Source: Mustelus asterias (taxonomy: Eukaryota). From it: a DNA stretch of 64,000 nucleotides. The stretch lies in assembly GCF_964213995.1 (NCBI RefSeq), contig NC_135806.1, positions 53,754,001-53,818,000 of the forward strand, in the 5' to 3' direction. Below, in pieces: positions 52,345 through 64,000 of this stretch. The notes under the pieces are model-generated. The model did not search any database. It saw nothing but the letters and a program-made list of their open reading frames with translations, and was not told the DNA's origin. Each line of letters begins with the position of its first letter. Within the stretch, counting starts at the first letter, position 1. The translations under genes and the position numbers were made by a program.

Positions 52345-54831
52345 AGGCTCTCCACACTGGTAGGCGTGGTCTATAGGCCCCCAGATAATAACTTAGAGGT
52401 GGGGAGGGCTATAAACAAGCAAATAATGGATGCGTGCAAAAGTGGAACGGCAATAATCATGGGGGATTTTAACCTACATATTGATTGGTCGACTCAAATT
52501 GGACGTGGAGGGCTTGAGTAAGAGTTCTTGGAATGCTGTCGGGATTGTTTCATTGAACAGTATGTTACAGAACCTACGAGAGAGCGAGCTATCTTGGATA
52601 TGGTTCTGTGCAATGAGACAGGTAGGATTAAGGATCTTCTTGTGAAGGATCCTCTTGGGATGAGTGATCATAATATGGTGGAATTTCTGATACAGATGGA
52701 GGGTGAGAAAGTCGGGTCCCAAACCAGTGCCCTCTGCTTGAACAGAGGGGAGTACGATAGGATGAGGGTGGAATTGGCTAATGTAGACTGGGCGAGCAGA
52801 CTGGTAGGTAGGACAGCTGAGGAACAGTGGAGGATTTTTAAGGAGATTTTTTTAAGTACTCAGCAAAAATATATTCCGGTGATAAAGAAGGACTGTAAGA
52901 AAAAGGATAACCGGACGTGGATAACGAAGGAAATAAAGGAGAGTATTAAAATAAAATCAGATGCGTACAGAGTGGCCAAAAATAGTGGAGAATTAGTGGA
53001 TTGGGAAAGCTTTAAAGAAAAACAAAGAACGACTAAGAAAGCGATTAAGAAAGGAAAGATAGATTATGAAACTAAACTAGCTCAAAATATAAAAAATGAT
53101 AGTAAAAGTTTTTACAAGCATATAAAAAGGAATAGAGTGGCTAGAGTGAATGTTGGACCCTTGGAAGATGAGAGGGGGGATTTAATAGTGGAAAACGAGG
53201 AAATGGCTGAGACTTTAAATAAGTTCTTTGTGTCGGTCATCACGGTGGAAGACACAAATAGTTTGCCGAATATTAGAGATCGAGAGTTGGTGGGAGGGGA
53301 GGTCCTTAATAAAATTACTGTTACTAAGGAGGTGGTGCTTGGTAGACTAATAGGACTGAAGGTAGACAAGTCCCCGGGCCCGGATGGAATGCATCCCAGG
53401 GTACTGAAAGAAATGGCTGAGGTAATAGCAGATGCGTTAGTAGTAATTTATCAAAATTCGCTGGACTCTGGGGTAGTGCCGGCTGACTGGAAAACAGCTA
53501 CTGTTACGCCGCTGTTTAAAAAGGAAGTAGACAAAAGGCGGGTAACTACAGGCCGGTTAGCTTAACGTCCGTAGTTGGGAAGATGCTAGAGTCCATTATT
53601 AAAGAGGAAATAACAGAGCACCTGAATAAGAATGGTTCGATCAAGCAGACGCAGCATGGATTCATGAAGGGAAAGTCGTGTTTGACGAATCTACTGGACT
53701 TTTATGAAGATGTCACTAGTGCGGTTGACAGAGGGGAAACGGTAGATGTGGTGTTTTTAGATTTCCAGAAGGCGTTCGATAAGGTGCCTCACAAAAGGTT
53801 GCTGCAGAAGATTGGGGTACACGGAGTTAGGGGTAAGGTGTTGGCGTGGATTGGGGATTGGCTATCTAACAGGAAGCAGAGAGTTGGGATAAATGGGTGC
53901 TTTTCTGGTTGGCAGTTGGTGACCAGTGGCGTGCCGCAGGGATCGGTGCTGGGGCCTCAATTGTTTACCATTTACATAGATGATCTGGAGGAGGGGACTG
54001 AATGTAGGGTATTCAAGTTTGCTGATGACACGAAGGTGAGTGGGAAAGTGAATTGCGTGGAGGACGCGGAAAGTCTGCAGAGAGATTTGGATAGGCTGAG
54101 CGAGTGGGCGAGGATCTGGCAGATGGAATATAATGTTAGCAAATGTGAGGTTATCCACTTTGGAAGAAATAATAGTAAATTGGAATATTATTTAAATGGA
54201 GAAAAATTACATCGTGCGACTGTGCAGAGGGACCTGGGGGTCCTTGTGCACGAATCGCAAAAACTCAGTCTGCAGGTGCAGCAGGTAATCAAGAAGGCGA
54301 ATGGAATGTTGGCCTTTATCGCGAGGGGGATAGAATATAAAAGCAGGGAGGTCTTGCTGCAACTGTACAAGGCACTGGTGAGGCCGCAACTGGAGTACTG
54401 TGTGCAGTTTTGGTCCCCTTATTTGCGAAAGGATATATTGGCCTTGGAGGGAGTGCAGAGAAGGTTCACCAGGTTGATACCGGAGATGAGGGGTGTAGCT
54501 TATGGGGAGAGATTAAACAGATTGGGTCTGTACTTGTTGGAGTTTAGAAGGATGAGGGGTGATCTTATAGAGACATATAAGATAATGAAGGGGCTGGATA
54601 GGGTAGAGGTGGAGAGATTCTTTCCACTTAGAAAGGAAACCAGAACTAGAGGGCACAGCCTCAAAATAAGGGGGGGGGGCGGTTCAGAACAGAGTTGAGG
54701 GGGAACTTCTTCTCTCAGAGGGTAGTGAATCTCTGGAATTCTCTGCCCACTGAAGTGGTGGAGGCTTCCTCGTTGAATATGTTTAAATCACGGGTAGATA
54801 GTTTTCTGATCGATAAGGGAATTAGGGGATA
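52345..54831 (+). mobile_element. CR1 LINE, 5'-truncated ORF2 (endonuclease end plus RT); its 3' end resumes at 57558-57690
   Basis: ORFs 52528-53565 and 53583-54698 (KSPGPDG, DFQKAFDKV, GVPQGSVLGP, FADDTK) with frameshifts near 53520 and 54670; (ttcttatg)n tail at ~57668-57690. Confidence 0.95.
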
Positions 54832-57557
54832 GAACATAGAACATAGAACATTACAGCGCAGAACAGGCCCTTCGGCCCACGATGTTGCACCGACCAGTTA
54901 AAAAAAAAAAAAAAAACTGTGACCCTCCAACCTAAACCAATTTCTTTTCGTCCATGAACCTATCTACGGATCTCTTAAACGCCCCCAAACTAGGCGCATT
55001 TACTACTGATGCTGGCAGGGCATTCCAATCCCTCACCACCCTCTGGGTAAAGAACCTACCCCTGACATCGGTTCTATAACTACCCCCCCTCAATTTAAAG
55101 CCATGCCCCCTCGTGCTGGATTTCTCCATCAGAGGAAAAAGGCTATCACTATCCACCCTATCTAAACCTCTAATCATCTTATATGTTTCAATAAGATCCC
55201 CTCTTAGCCGCCGCCTTTCCAGCGAAAACAATCCCAAATCCCTCAGCCTCTCCTCATAGGATCTCCCCTCCATACCAGGCTACATCCTGGTAAACCTCCT
55301 CTGCACCCTCTCCAAAGCCTCCACATCCTTCCTGTAATGTGGGGACCAGAACTGCACACAGTACTCCAAGTGCGGCCGCACCAGAGTTGTGTACAGTTGC
55401 AACATAACGCTACGACTCCTAAATTCAATCCCCCTACCAATAAACGCCAAGACACCATATGCCTTCTTAACAACCTTATCTACTTGATTCCCAACTTTCA
55501 GGGATCTATGCACACATACACCTAGATCCCTCTGCTCCTCCACACTATTCAAAGTCCTCCCATTAGCCCTATACTCAACACATCTGTTATTCCTACCAAA
55601 GTGAATTACCTCACACTTCTCCGCATTAAACTCCATCCGCCACCTCTCGGCCCAACTTTGCAACCTGTCTAAGTCTTCCTGCAAACTACGACACCCTTCC
55701 TCACTGTCTACCACACCACCGACTTTGGTGTCATCAGCAAATTTGCTAATCCACCCAACTATACCCTCATCCAGATCATTAATAAATATTACAAACAGCA
55801 GTGGCCCCAAAACAGATCCCTGAGGTACACCACTTGTAACCGCACTCCATGATGAATATTTACTATCAACCACCACCCTCTGTTTCCTATCCGCTAGCCA
55901 ATTCCTGATCCAATTTCCTAGATCACCCCCAATCCCATACATCTGCATTTTCTGCAGAAGCCTACCATGGTGAACCTTATCAAACGCCTTACTAAAATCC
56001 ATATATACCACGTCCACTGCCTTGCCCCCATCCACCTCCTTGGTCACTTTCTCAAAAAACTCAATAAGGTTAGTAAGGCACGACCTACCTGCCACAAAAC
56101 CATGCTGACTATCACCTATCAATTCATTACTCTCCAAATAACTATAAATCCTATCCCTTATAATTTTTTCCAACATCTTGCCGACAACAGAAGTGAGACT
56201 CACCGGTCTATAATTCCCGGGGAAGTCTCTGTTCCCCTTCTTAAACAATGGGACAACATTCGCTAACCTCCAATCTTCTGGTACTATACCAGAGGCCAAC
56301 GACGACCTGAAGATCAGAGCCAGAGGCTCTGCAATCACTTCTCTTGCCTCCCAGAGAATCCTTGGATAAATCCCATCCGGACCAGGGGATTTATCTATTT
56401 TCAGACCCTCCAGAATATCCTGCACATCCTCCTTATCAACTGTAATACTGTCTATTCTACTCCCTTGCAACCCAGTGTCCTCCTCAGCTATATTCATGTC
56501 CCCTTGCGTGAACACCGAAGAGAAATATTGGTTCAATGCTTCACCAATCTCCTCCGGTTCCACACATAACTTCCCTCTGCCATCTATAACTGGCCCTAAA
56601 CTTGCCCTAACCAACCTTCTGTTCTTGACATACCTATAGAACGCCTTAGGATTCTCTTTAACCCTATCCGCCAAAGTCTTCTCATGTCCCCTTTTAGCCC
56701 TTCTAAGCTCGCTCTTCAACTCCCTCTTAGCCAATCTAAAGCTTTCTAGTGCACTACCCGAGTGCTCACGTCTCATCCGAACATAAGCCTCCTTTTTCTT
56801 TTTAACCAACAAAGAAACTTTTTTGGTGCACCACGGTTCCCTAGCCCTACCAATTCCTCCTTGCCTGACAGGGACATACCTATCACAGACTCGCAGTAGC
56901 TGCTCCTTGAAAAAACTCCACATGTCGGACGTTCCCAGTCCCTGTAATCTCCTAGTCCAACCTATGTTTCCTAATTCTCTCCTAATAGCCTCATAATTAC
57001 CCTTCCCCCAGCTAAAACCACTGGCCCGAGGTTCATGCCTATCCCTTTCCATCACTAAGGTGAACGTAACCGAATTGTGGTCACTATCACCAAAATGCAC
57101 ACCAACTTCCAAGTCTAGCACCTGGTCTGGCTCATTTCCCAGCACCAGATCCAATATAGCCTCACCTCTAGTTGGCCTGTCTACATACTGAGTCAAAAAA
57201 CCTTCCTGCACGCTTTGAACAAAAACTGACCCCTCTAACGAGCTAGAGCTATAACAATTCCAGTCAATATTAGTCAAGTTAAAATCCCCCATAACAATTG
57301 CCCTATTACTTTCACTCCTAAGCAGGATTGACTCCGCAATCCTTTCCTCAACCTCTCTAGAACTTTTAGGAGGTCTATAAAAGACTCCCAACAGGGTGAC
57401 CTCTCCTCTCCTATTTCTAATCTCCGCCCATACTACCTCAACAGATAAGTCCTCATCAAACCTCCTCTCTGACACTGTGATACAATCTCTGACCAATAAT
57501 GCTACCCCTCCCCCTCTTCTACCTCCTTCCCTACTTCGACTAAAACATTTGAACCCC
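54832..57557 (-). mobile_element. Young CR1 LINE (different subfamily) nested in the 3' end of the preceding CR1
   Basis: 738-aa ORF2 (endonuclease GDFN/SDH motifs, RT) continues to 54932 past a single TAG; (tgttcta)n tail; GGATA duplicated at 54827-54831 and 57558-57562. Confidence 0.95.
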
Positions 57558-58519
57558 GGATATGGGGAGCAGGCGGGTAAGTGGAACTGATTCGCTTCAG
57601 ATCAGCCATGATCTTGTTGAATGGCGGGGCAGGCTCGAGGGGTCAGATGGCCTACTCCTGCTCCTATTTCTTATGTTCTTATGTTCTTATCAGCTAGCTA
57701 TGAAAGGCTCTGGACACACATTTTGTGCCATAATAGGGTTAATTTCCAGGTACATGTCAATAGCACTCCTCTTTGCCACCCCTTCATTTCGTGACTGCTC
57801 CGGTTCTGTCATCTGTGTGATAGACGTCGAAACCTGAATGCGTCATAAACTTTGTTCAGTTTGACATGGGCAAGACCATATCTATTCAGTTCAGCTCGCG
57901 ACAGAAAGTTCACATTTTAGGCTCTTAATTCCGCTTCTCATGCCAATTAATTTCTTGTACTATGCTGAACACAATCTGAATGTCTTCCTGCAAGCCCAGC
58001 TGAGTTACAAAGTTTGTAACACCAAGATGCCCAAGTTCAAAGCAACATGCACTTTGCCCTGTGACCTATGCGGTCAACAGTTTTTTTTCAATGTTTTTCT
58101 CTCCAGCTCCATGTTACACAAATTCTAACTTGTGTTAACAGGCGTATAGTTCTTGCTATCACAGACCCATCATCCCTGTCTTTCAATCCTTTTACTCACT
58201 GCCTGGCCGTCAGAAGGTCACTTGCAAAACCATCAGATCCCACCATCGCCTCACGGCAGTCTTACTGTACTGTCTGCTCCTATCTTTTGACCCAGAACCT
58301 TCACTGTATTCTTCTACCTTTGGTCTTCTGTAGTAATGTGTGCCCTCTTGTTGCTGCACCAATGGTGGCATACCCTTTAGGCATCACCTGTTGGTGATTA
58401 CTTGAACTCTGATCTTTAATAAGAAATCTGAATTATGTTATCTTTTGTATTTCACAATTGTGCTGAAGTTTCTCAGGGTAGCCTTCTGTATTGACTTTTA
58501 TCTGTTTACTGTAGAGGAC

Positions 58520-58640
58520 ATGGCAGATGTATGTTTGGGGGAAGAAGATGAAGAAGAATGTCCGAAACTGATTCCAATTGAAGCAGACCCCAATATAAGG
58601 AGTGCACGGATTCCAGTAACAATCATAACAGGATATTTAG
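58520..58640 (+). CDS. ZNG1: ZNG1/CBWD first coding exon (MADVCLGEEDEEECPKLIPI...IPVTIITGYLG)
   Basis: Acidic stretch, CPxLxPI motif and IPVTIITGYLG are diagnostic of CBWD/ZNG1. Acceptor ctgtag| at 58514; donor AG|GCAAGT at 58641, with an alternative GT donor at 58656. Confidence 0.93.
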
Positions 58641-59509
58641 GCAAGTATTATTTAGGTAAATCAGTAGATTACCTCAATTATACTGCCCCATGAGTACAGC
58701 TCCTTTACAAAACTAATTCGAGTCGAAAAACATTAAATAAAATTGCAGGTTTCAAATAACATAGGGGAGGAAACAGGCAGTTCAACATAATCTTTCTCTG
58801 CTGAAATATAGAGAGCATTCTGTACAACTGAAAAGGAAAATAAAAACAGCTTCAGACCAACTTACTGCCTTTGTTTGGAATGTATTTTTGAAATAATATA
58901 ATAAAGCCTGCATTCCTGTCAAGTCAAGGTTAAATGGACAGACATACTCTGACAACACCAAGACTATATAATATATTACTGCAGAAGAACAACATGTTGT
59001 AGCCAATTTCAGTGAACTGTCTCTCTTTCTGATGTCTTCCAACTTATACCTACAGTTTCAACTGTTGCATAGCATTTCTTGCTGTCGGAATCCTTAGGCC
59101 ACTAAATTACATAGCCCTTTGCACACATTCTATCAAGATATTCCTGCTAACCATTTATCTCCATTCTCTATCCTGATATCTTGGGGCCTTGAAAGTGCAT
59201 AAATATATTAGCAATAAAGGTCAACAAGGGAGCACTGAGTGTCCACTTGAAGTGATAAAGCAGATCGAATAATGGTATTCGAAAAATGAATTACATTTAT
59301 AAATGATTAACCTGGAATTACAGCTGTGCAGTAATGTCCTTCTAATCTTCTGAATTCATTGTCATTATATCGCAGTGGGACATTCACATTGCTAGATGTA
59401 GTATATGTGGTTAAGAAATGGGCTTGTAGAAGAGAGGGACTTCCCCATTAAAACATTTCTTGTTCTTTTATGACCAGCTATCTTTAATGCAGTATTTATC
59501 TTTTGGCAG

Positions 59510-59596
59510 GTGCTGGCAAAACAACTCTTCTGAATTACATTCTAACAGAACAACACAATAAGAGAATTGCAGTAATCCTGAATGAGTTTGGTGAAG
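59510..59596 (+). CDS. ZNG1: ZNG1/CBWD coding exon 2 ([29 protein letters not shown])
   Basis: 87 nt, bounded by ttttggcag| and |gtaaga. Completes the Walker A motif GYLGAGKT and contains the NEFGE motif of COG0523 GTPases. Confidence 0.95.
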
Positions 59597-59719
59597 GTAA
59601 GAGATGTTCTGAAAATTGGACGTGATGGCATCTGTGGGAACTATTGTAGGATTTTAGATTTGTGGATAGAAGATGGAGAGTACATTTGTGTAGCTAATAG
59701 CATATTGAGCATTGCTGAT

Positions 59720-60480
59720 TGAAAAAGAGATATGTCAAAGCTTTTCAAAGCACTCATCAGGACATTTGGGAAGAATAGCAATATAAGGGAGAAGATGCTC
59801 AATCACACAAATGTGTAATGTAATATGTGAATTTCAGTGCCAGTGTGATGCTAGGTATGTGGGCCATACGTTCCAAAGACTGGTGAATCACATCAAACAA
59901 CATGTCCCAGTCACTGTTCACAACAGGCAAGATACAGAAAATAGCCAACCAGCTGTCTTGCAAAACTCAAAACCCAGTGTCCAACATCAGATGTAACTCG
60001 GTGATTGCTAAATAATCCTCAGCATGCTAAAAATTACACTGGCAACCAATTTAAAATTGTCAGTCATGCTCACAATGTGGCACTTGTGTGTATTGGAAGC
60101 TACATACATTAATACACAGGGCCTTGATCTTTGCAGACAGAAAGAGCATGTACACACATAGCGCTTGTTTCAGCTGAACAAAATAAGTGACAGCCATTCG
60201 CTGACTCATCCATCAATGATTTGACTAATCAGGGTCAAGCTGGCTGGTTTAAATTTCAAACAGTGCTTGGCAGTTAACGAACAGTCATCATCAACTGGTG
60301 TATTTTGCATGGCAATGCCTCTACCAGTCAGAGTCCACTTGTCACCCAGTCAGCACTATTTTCTCATACATATAAATTGTGGTTTCCCCGTAAGTTGGTA
60401 TATTTGCCAAGTGTACAAGATGAAAAGCTTTGATATGGCTCTTTCCTCAGCATTACTTGTTCTGTGCTACCAAATCACTA
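59720..60480. mobile_element. Degenerate Penelope-like element, family 3, in the intron between ZNG1 coding exons 2 and 3
   Basis: NVICEFQCQCDARYVGHTFQRL..HIKQH is GIY-YIG-like; inverted terminal segments; hammerhead-like motif at 59732-59765 (-); related end at 29191-29224. Confidence 0.7.
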
Positions 60481-60800
60481 TTTAATAGCATTATTATGCT
60501 TCATTATGCCTGCCATTTGCAAGGAATAAACAGTGGGTGAACAATGTGCCTTTTGACAAGAAGTATATGATTGGGATTAAAGAAACAAATGTTGTGAGGA
60601 GGAAAGCAAATAGTGAGTTTTGATTATGACTCGAAACTCCCAATTCCTGAGCAGGATAATGGCAAAGAGTAGATTATTTTTTATTTTGTCACTCAATCAT
60701 TGAGTTTTATTAAAACAGTTTTCATTGCTTTAGCAGCTTCTCTAATCATATGCACTTTGTAATGTTGTACTTACAAATAACTTCAAATGTTCTGTTGTAG

Positions 60801-60897
60801 GGAGTGCACTGGAGAAATCACTGGCTGTGAGCCATGCAGGAGAACTTTATGAGGAATGGTTGGAGCTGCGAAATGGATGCCTTTGCTGTTCAGTGAA
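60801..60897 (+). CDS. ZNG1: ZNG1/CBWD coding exon 3 ([33 protein letters not shown])
   Basis: 97 nt, bounded by gttgtag| and |gtaaga. Contains the CxCC zinc-binding motif GCLCC; the gene continues beyond the window. Confidence 0.95.
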
Positions 60898-61149
60898 GTA
60901 AGATTTTACTTGCTTAGATCTATATGGTGCACTGTTTAATCTTTACAAAAAAAAACAGACATGTTTAATTGTTTTTCATGATGCCCTAAATGTTTTGTTC
61001 CTTCGTGAAGTGTGAGTAGCGCTGGTATGTCAGCGTTTATTGCCTATTTCTATTTGCCCTTGAACAGTTGGTGATGAGCTGCCTTCTTGAACCACTGCAG
61101 TTATGTGGTGTATAAACACAAACAGTGTTGTAAGAAGGTGAAGTCCAGG

Positions 61150-61910
61150 AATAAAAGCATCTACCCAGCAGTATGGAAAATTGTCCAGGTGTGTCCTGTG
61201 CATGGAATGCTGGACAAATCCGACCCGGCCAATTACCACACGATCATTCTACTCTCAATCATCAGTAAGGTGATGGAAGTGGACATCAACAGCACTATCA
61301 AGCAGCACTTTACTAGCCATATAAATACAATGGCTGCAAGAGCAGGTCAGAGTTTAGCAATCCTGTGGTGAGTGACTCACCTCCTGACTCCCCAAAGCCT
61401 GTCCACCATTTACAAGGCACAAGTCAAGAGTGTGATCCAGTGCTCTTCACTTGCCTGGATGAGTGCAGCTCCAACAACACTGCAGAAGCTAAACATCATC
61501 CAGGGCAAAGCAGCCAGCTTGATTGACAGCCCCCACACAAACATTCACTCCCTCCATCACCGATGATCAGTGGCAGCAGTGTGTATATTCTACAAGATGC
61601 ACTGTAGAAATTCCCCAGAGCTCCGTGGATTCATCTTTCAAACGCATACTTGCTGCCATCTTGAAGGACGTGTTCAGCAGATAAATGGGAACACCACCGC
61701 CAGGAAGTTACCCTCCAAGTCACTCAGCATCCTGACTTGGAAATGTATCACCGTTCCCTCAATGTTGCTGTGTCAAAGTCCTGGAACTCCCTCCCTAACA
61801 GCACTCTGGGTGTACCTACACCACAGGATTGCAGCGGTTCAAGAAGGCAGCTCGCCACCACCCTCTTTAGTGCGGTTTGGGATGGGTAACAATTGCTGGC
61901 CTAGTCTGCA
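61150..61910 (+). mobile_element. Degenerate LINE family B fragment
   Basis: DPANYHTIILLSIISKVME and IYKAQVKSVIQCSSLAW remnants plus a 3' tail. Confidence 0.75.
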
Positions 61911-62651
61911 ACACCGATATCGATATTTAACATTTCACTAATGGAGGCATGGCACAGTACACAAGATAAGCAGGTGCCAGTCTGCCTTTCCCCTGGATCC
62001 TGGGAATTCTGTTTCAATTGTGGTATAAGCTTCCAACTGAGTGATCACATCTATGCGCTGTGTTACTGTTATGGTGTGGAAGGCCTGTTCACTTTTGAAC
62101 TCAAAAACTTATTTCTTGGCATCTATCTTCTGCGTGATCCAGTTTGTTGCTCACTTTCATGTATATACCTGTGCTTAGACTGACTGTTGACATGCTCCTC
62201 CTTGTTGCTGCCACCTTGCAGCATCGGCTTCTGCTTGACCATAGCTTGCTTGGTCCCCACCTTCATTGCCAGACTTTGGGCATGACAGTGCAGAATGTTC
62301 CTTCAGACTGCCCGTGTTGCAGTGGTCTCGAAACACGGGACAGTTCTGTGGCTGGTGTTTAAAATTGCATTTCCACATGTTTTGCCGTGTCTTTGCACTT
62401 TGGCTACTTCACCAATAGTCGTTGCCAATCTACAACCACGGTTTCCTATTTCCCACCATTCTTGAGTAGGGTGTTGATGTTGTGTACTTCTTTTGCTCTC
62501 CAACAAGCTTTTCTGGAACCCTTCAATTGAGGTTGACGCAATAACAAAGTCCGTGATTCTTTCTTACAACTCTGCCTTATAAATTGGTTAATCGATGCTC
62601 TGGTCTGTTGCCTGAGTGGTGTTAACTGTAGTTAGTGGAACCTGAAATGCA

Positions 62652-62953
62652 CATTATTTATTAACAGTGTCACAAGTCGGCTTACATTAACACTGCAATG
62701 AAGGTACTGTGAAAATCCCCTAGTTGCCACGCTCCAGCGCCTGTTCAGGAACACTGAGGGAGAATTTAGCATGGCTAATGCACCTAACCAGCACGTCTTC
62801 CAGACTGTGGGAGGAAACCAGAGCGTATAGAGGAAACCCACGCAGACACAGGGAAACATGCAGACTCTGCACAGACAGTGACCCAAGCTGGGAATTGAAC
62901 CCGGGTCCCTGGTGCTGTGAGGCAGGAGTGCTAACCACTGTGCTACCGTGCTG
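62652..62953 (-). mobile_element. HE1-related SINE with an alternative tail
   Basis: Same structure as 23548-23824. Confidence 0.85.
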
Positions 62954-63619
62954 TACTATTCCACTTGGAGTGGATCTTCCAACTTAGTCCAGAGTCTCAA
63001 AGGGTCTTTCTGATCTTCATCAGAGAATGCTGATGTATTAATGTGATAGATTACTTCTATGTCAATTGCTCTTTTCATTTTAACCACCGGCTTGTCAGGT
63101 TCATTGACTACCAGATCCAAAAAGCATAATGCCATTGTTTGAAGAAAAAGTTTGAGACGCCTGAGACTTTCCACTTCATAGAAACATAGAAAATAGGTGC
63201 AGGGGTAGGCCATTCGGTTCTTCGAGACTGCAGCACCATTCAATATGATCATGGCTGATTATGCACTTACCACTCCCGCTTTCCCTCCACACCCCTTGAT
63301 CCCTTGAGCCACAAGGATAGAAACATTCATCACAGGATACTTTTTAGCCATGGTGTTGAAGCTCCTTGCTTTTCAAGGATTCCTCTTATATCTTTAAACT
63401 GAGTTTTCCTCTATCATCAGCATTCAGGGCATCACCATTGACCTCAAACTTAACTGTATGAGTCATATAAATATTGTGACTTTAAGCAGGTCACAGACAG
63501 GCTTTTCTGTGGTGAGCAACTCACCTCCTGACTCCCCAAAGACTTTCTATAATCAGAAGTGTGATAGAATACTCTCTACTTGTGTCGATGAGTGCAGCTC
63601 CTTAGCACTCATCAGGAGA

Positions 63620-63983
63620 GGCGATGGCCTAATGGTATTATTGCTAGACTATTAATCCAGCAACTCAGCTAATGTTCAGGGGACCCGTGTTTCAATCCTG
63701 CCACGGCAGATGGTGGAACTTGAGTTCAATAAAAAATATCTGGAATTAAGGATCTACTGATGACCAATAAAACATTGTCGATTGTTGGAAAAACCCATCT
63801 GGTTCACTAAAGTACTAATGTCCTTTAGGGAAGGAAATCTGCCGTTCTTACCTGGCCTGGCCTCCATGTGATTGTAGAGTCACAGCAATGTGGTTAACTC
63901 TTAGCTGCCCTCCAAGGGCAACTAGGGATGGGCAATAAATGTTGGCCAGCCAGCGAAACCCATACCCCATGAATGAAAAAAAA
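63620..63983 (+). mobile_element. Second tRNA-derived SINE family, full length with A-rich tail
   Basis: tRNA-like head; tail gggatgggcaataaat...gaatgaaaaaaaaa resembles the LINE family B 3' end. Confidence 0.8.
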
Positions 63984-64000
63984 AATTTAAGAAGCTCAGT

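Noticed and set aside
55280-57496. Autonomous active LINE or domesticated RT gene
   Set aside because: 5'-truncated within the endonuclease domain, lacks ORF1 and promoter, and has a premature stop.
58445-58693. 82-aa single-exon ORF
   Set aside because: Only 58520-58640 is ZNG1 exon; the flanks are intronic read-through past the splice sites.

Overview
Repeat-rich vertebrate genomic DNA, most likely from a cartilaginous fish (shark), judged from HE1-type tRNA-derived SINEs, CR1/HER1-type LINEs and Penelope-like elements (PLEs). Three host genes are visible. (1) DOCK8 on the minus strand: coding exon 1 at 35024-35073 and exon 2 at 2835-2940, with a ~32 kb first intron. (2) ZNG1/CBWD (COBW-domain zinc-chaperone GTPase) on the plus strand, head-to-head with DOCK8, with its first three coding exons at 58520-60897. 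(3) An intact but intronless UQCRQ (complex III subunit 8) ORF at 48312-48560, lying between a CpG-rich, VNTR-containing promoter region and the first coding exon of ZNG1. UQCRQ therefore looks like a retrogene nested in the ZNG1 5'-UTR intron and sharing its promoter. Other notable signals are tandem GC/GT splice donors inside the ZNG1 P-loop codons, many minimal hammerhead-ribozyme motifs carried by at least three PLE families, a 280-bp inverted repeat in DOCK8 intron 1, solo LTRs with target-site duplications (TSDs), and a young CR1 nested in another CR1. Gene and family names come from recalled similarity rather than database searches, and repeat boundaries are approximate unless a TSD is quoted.
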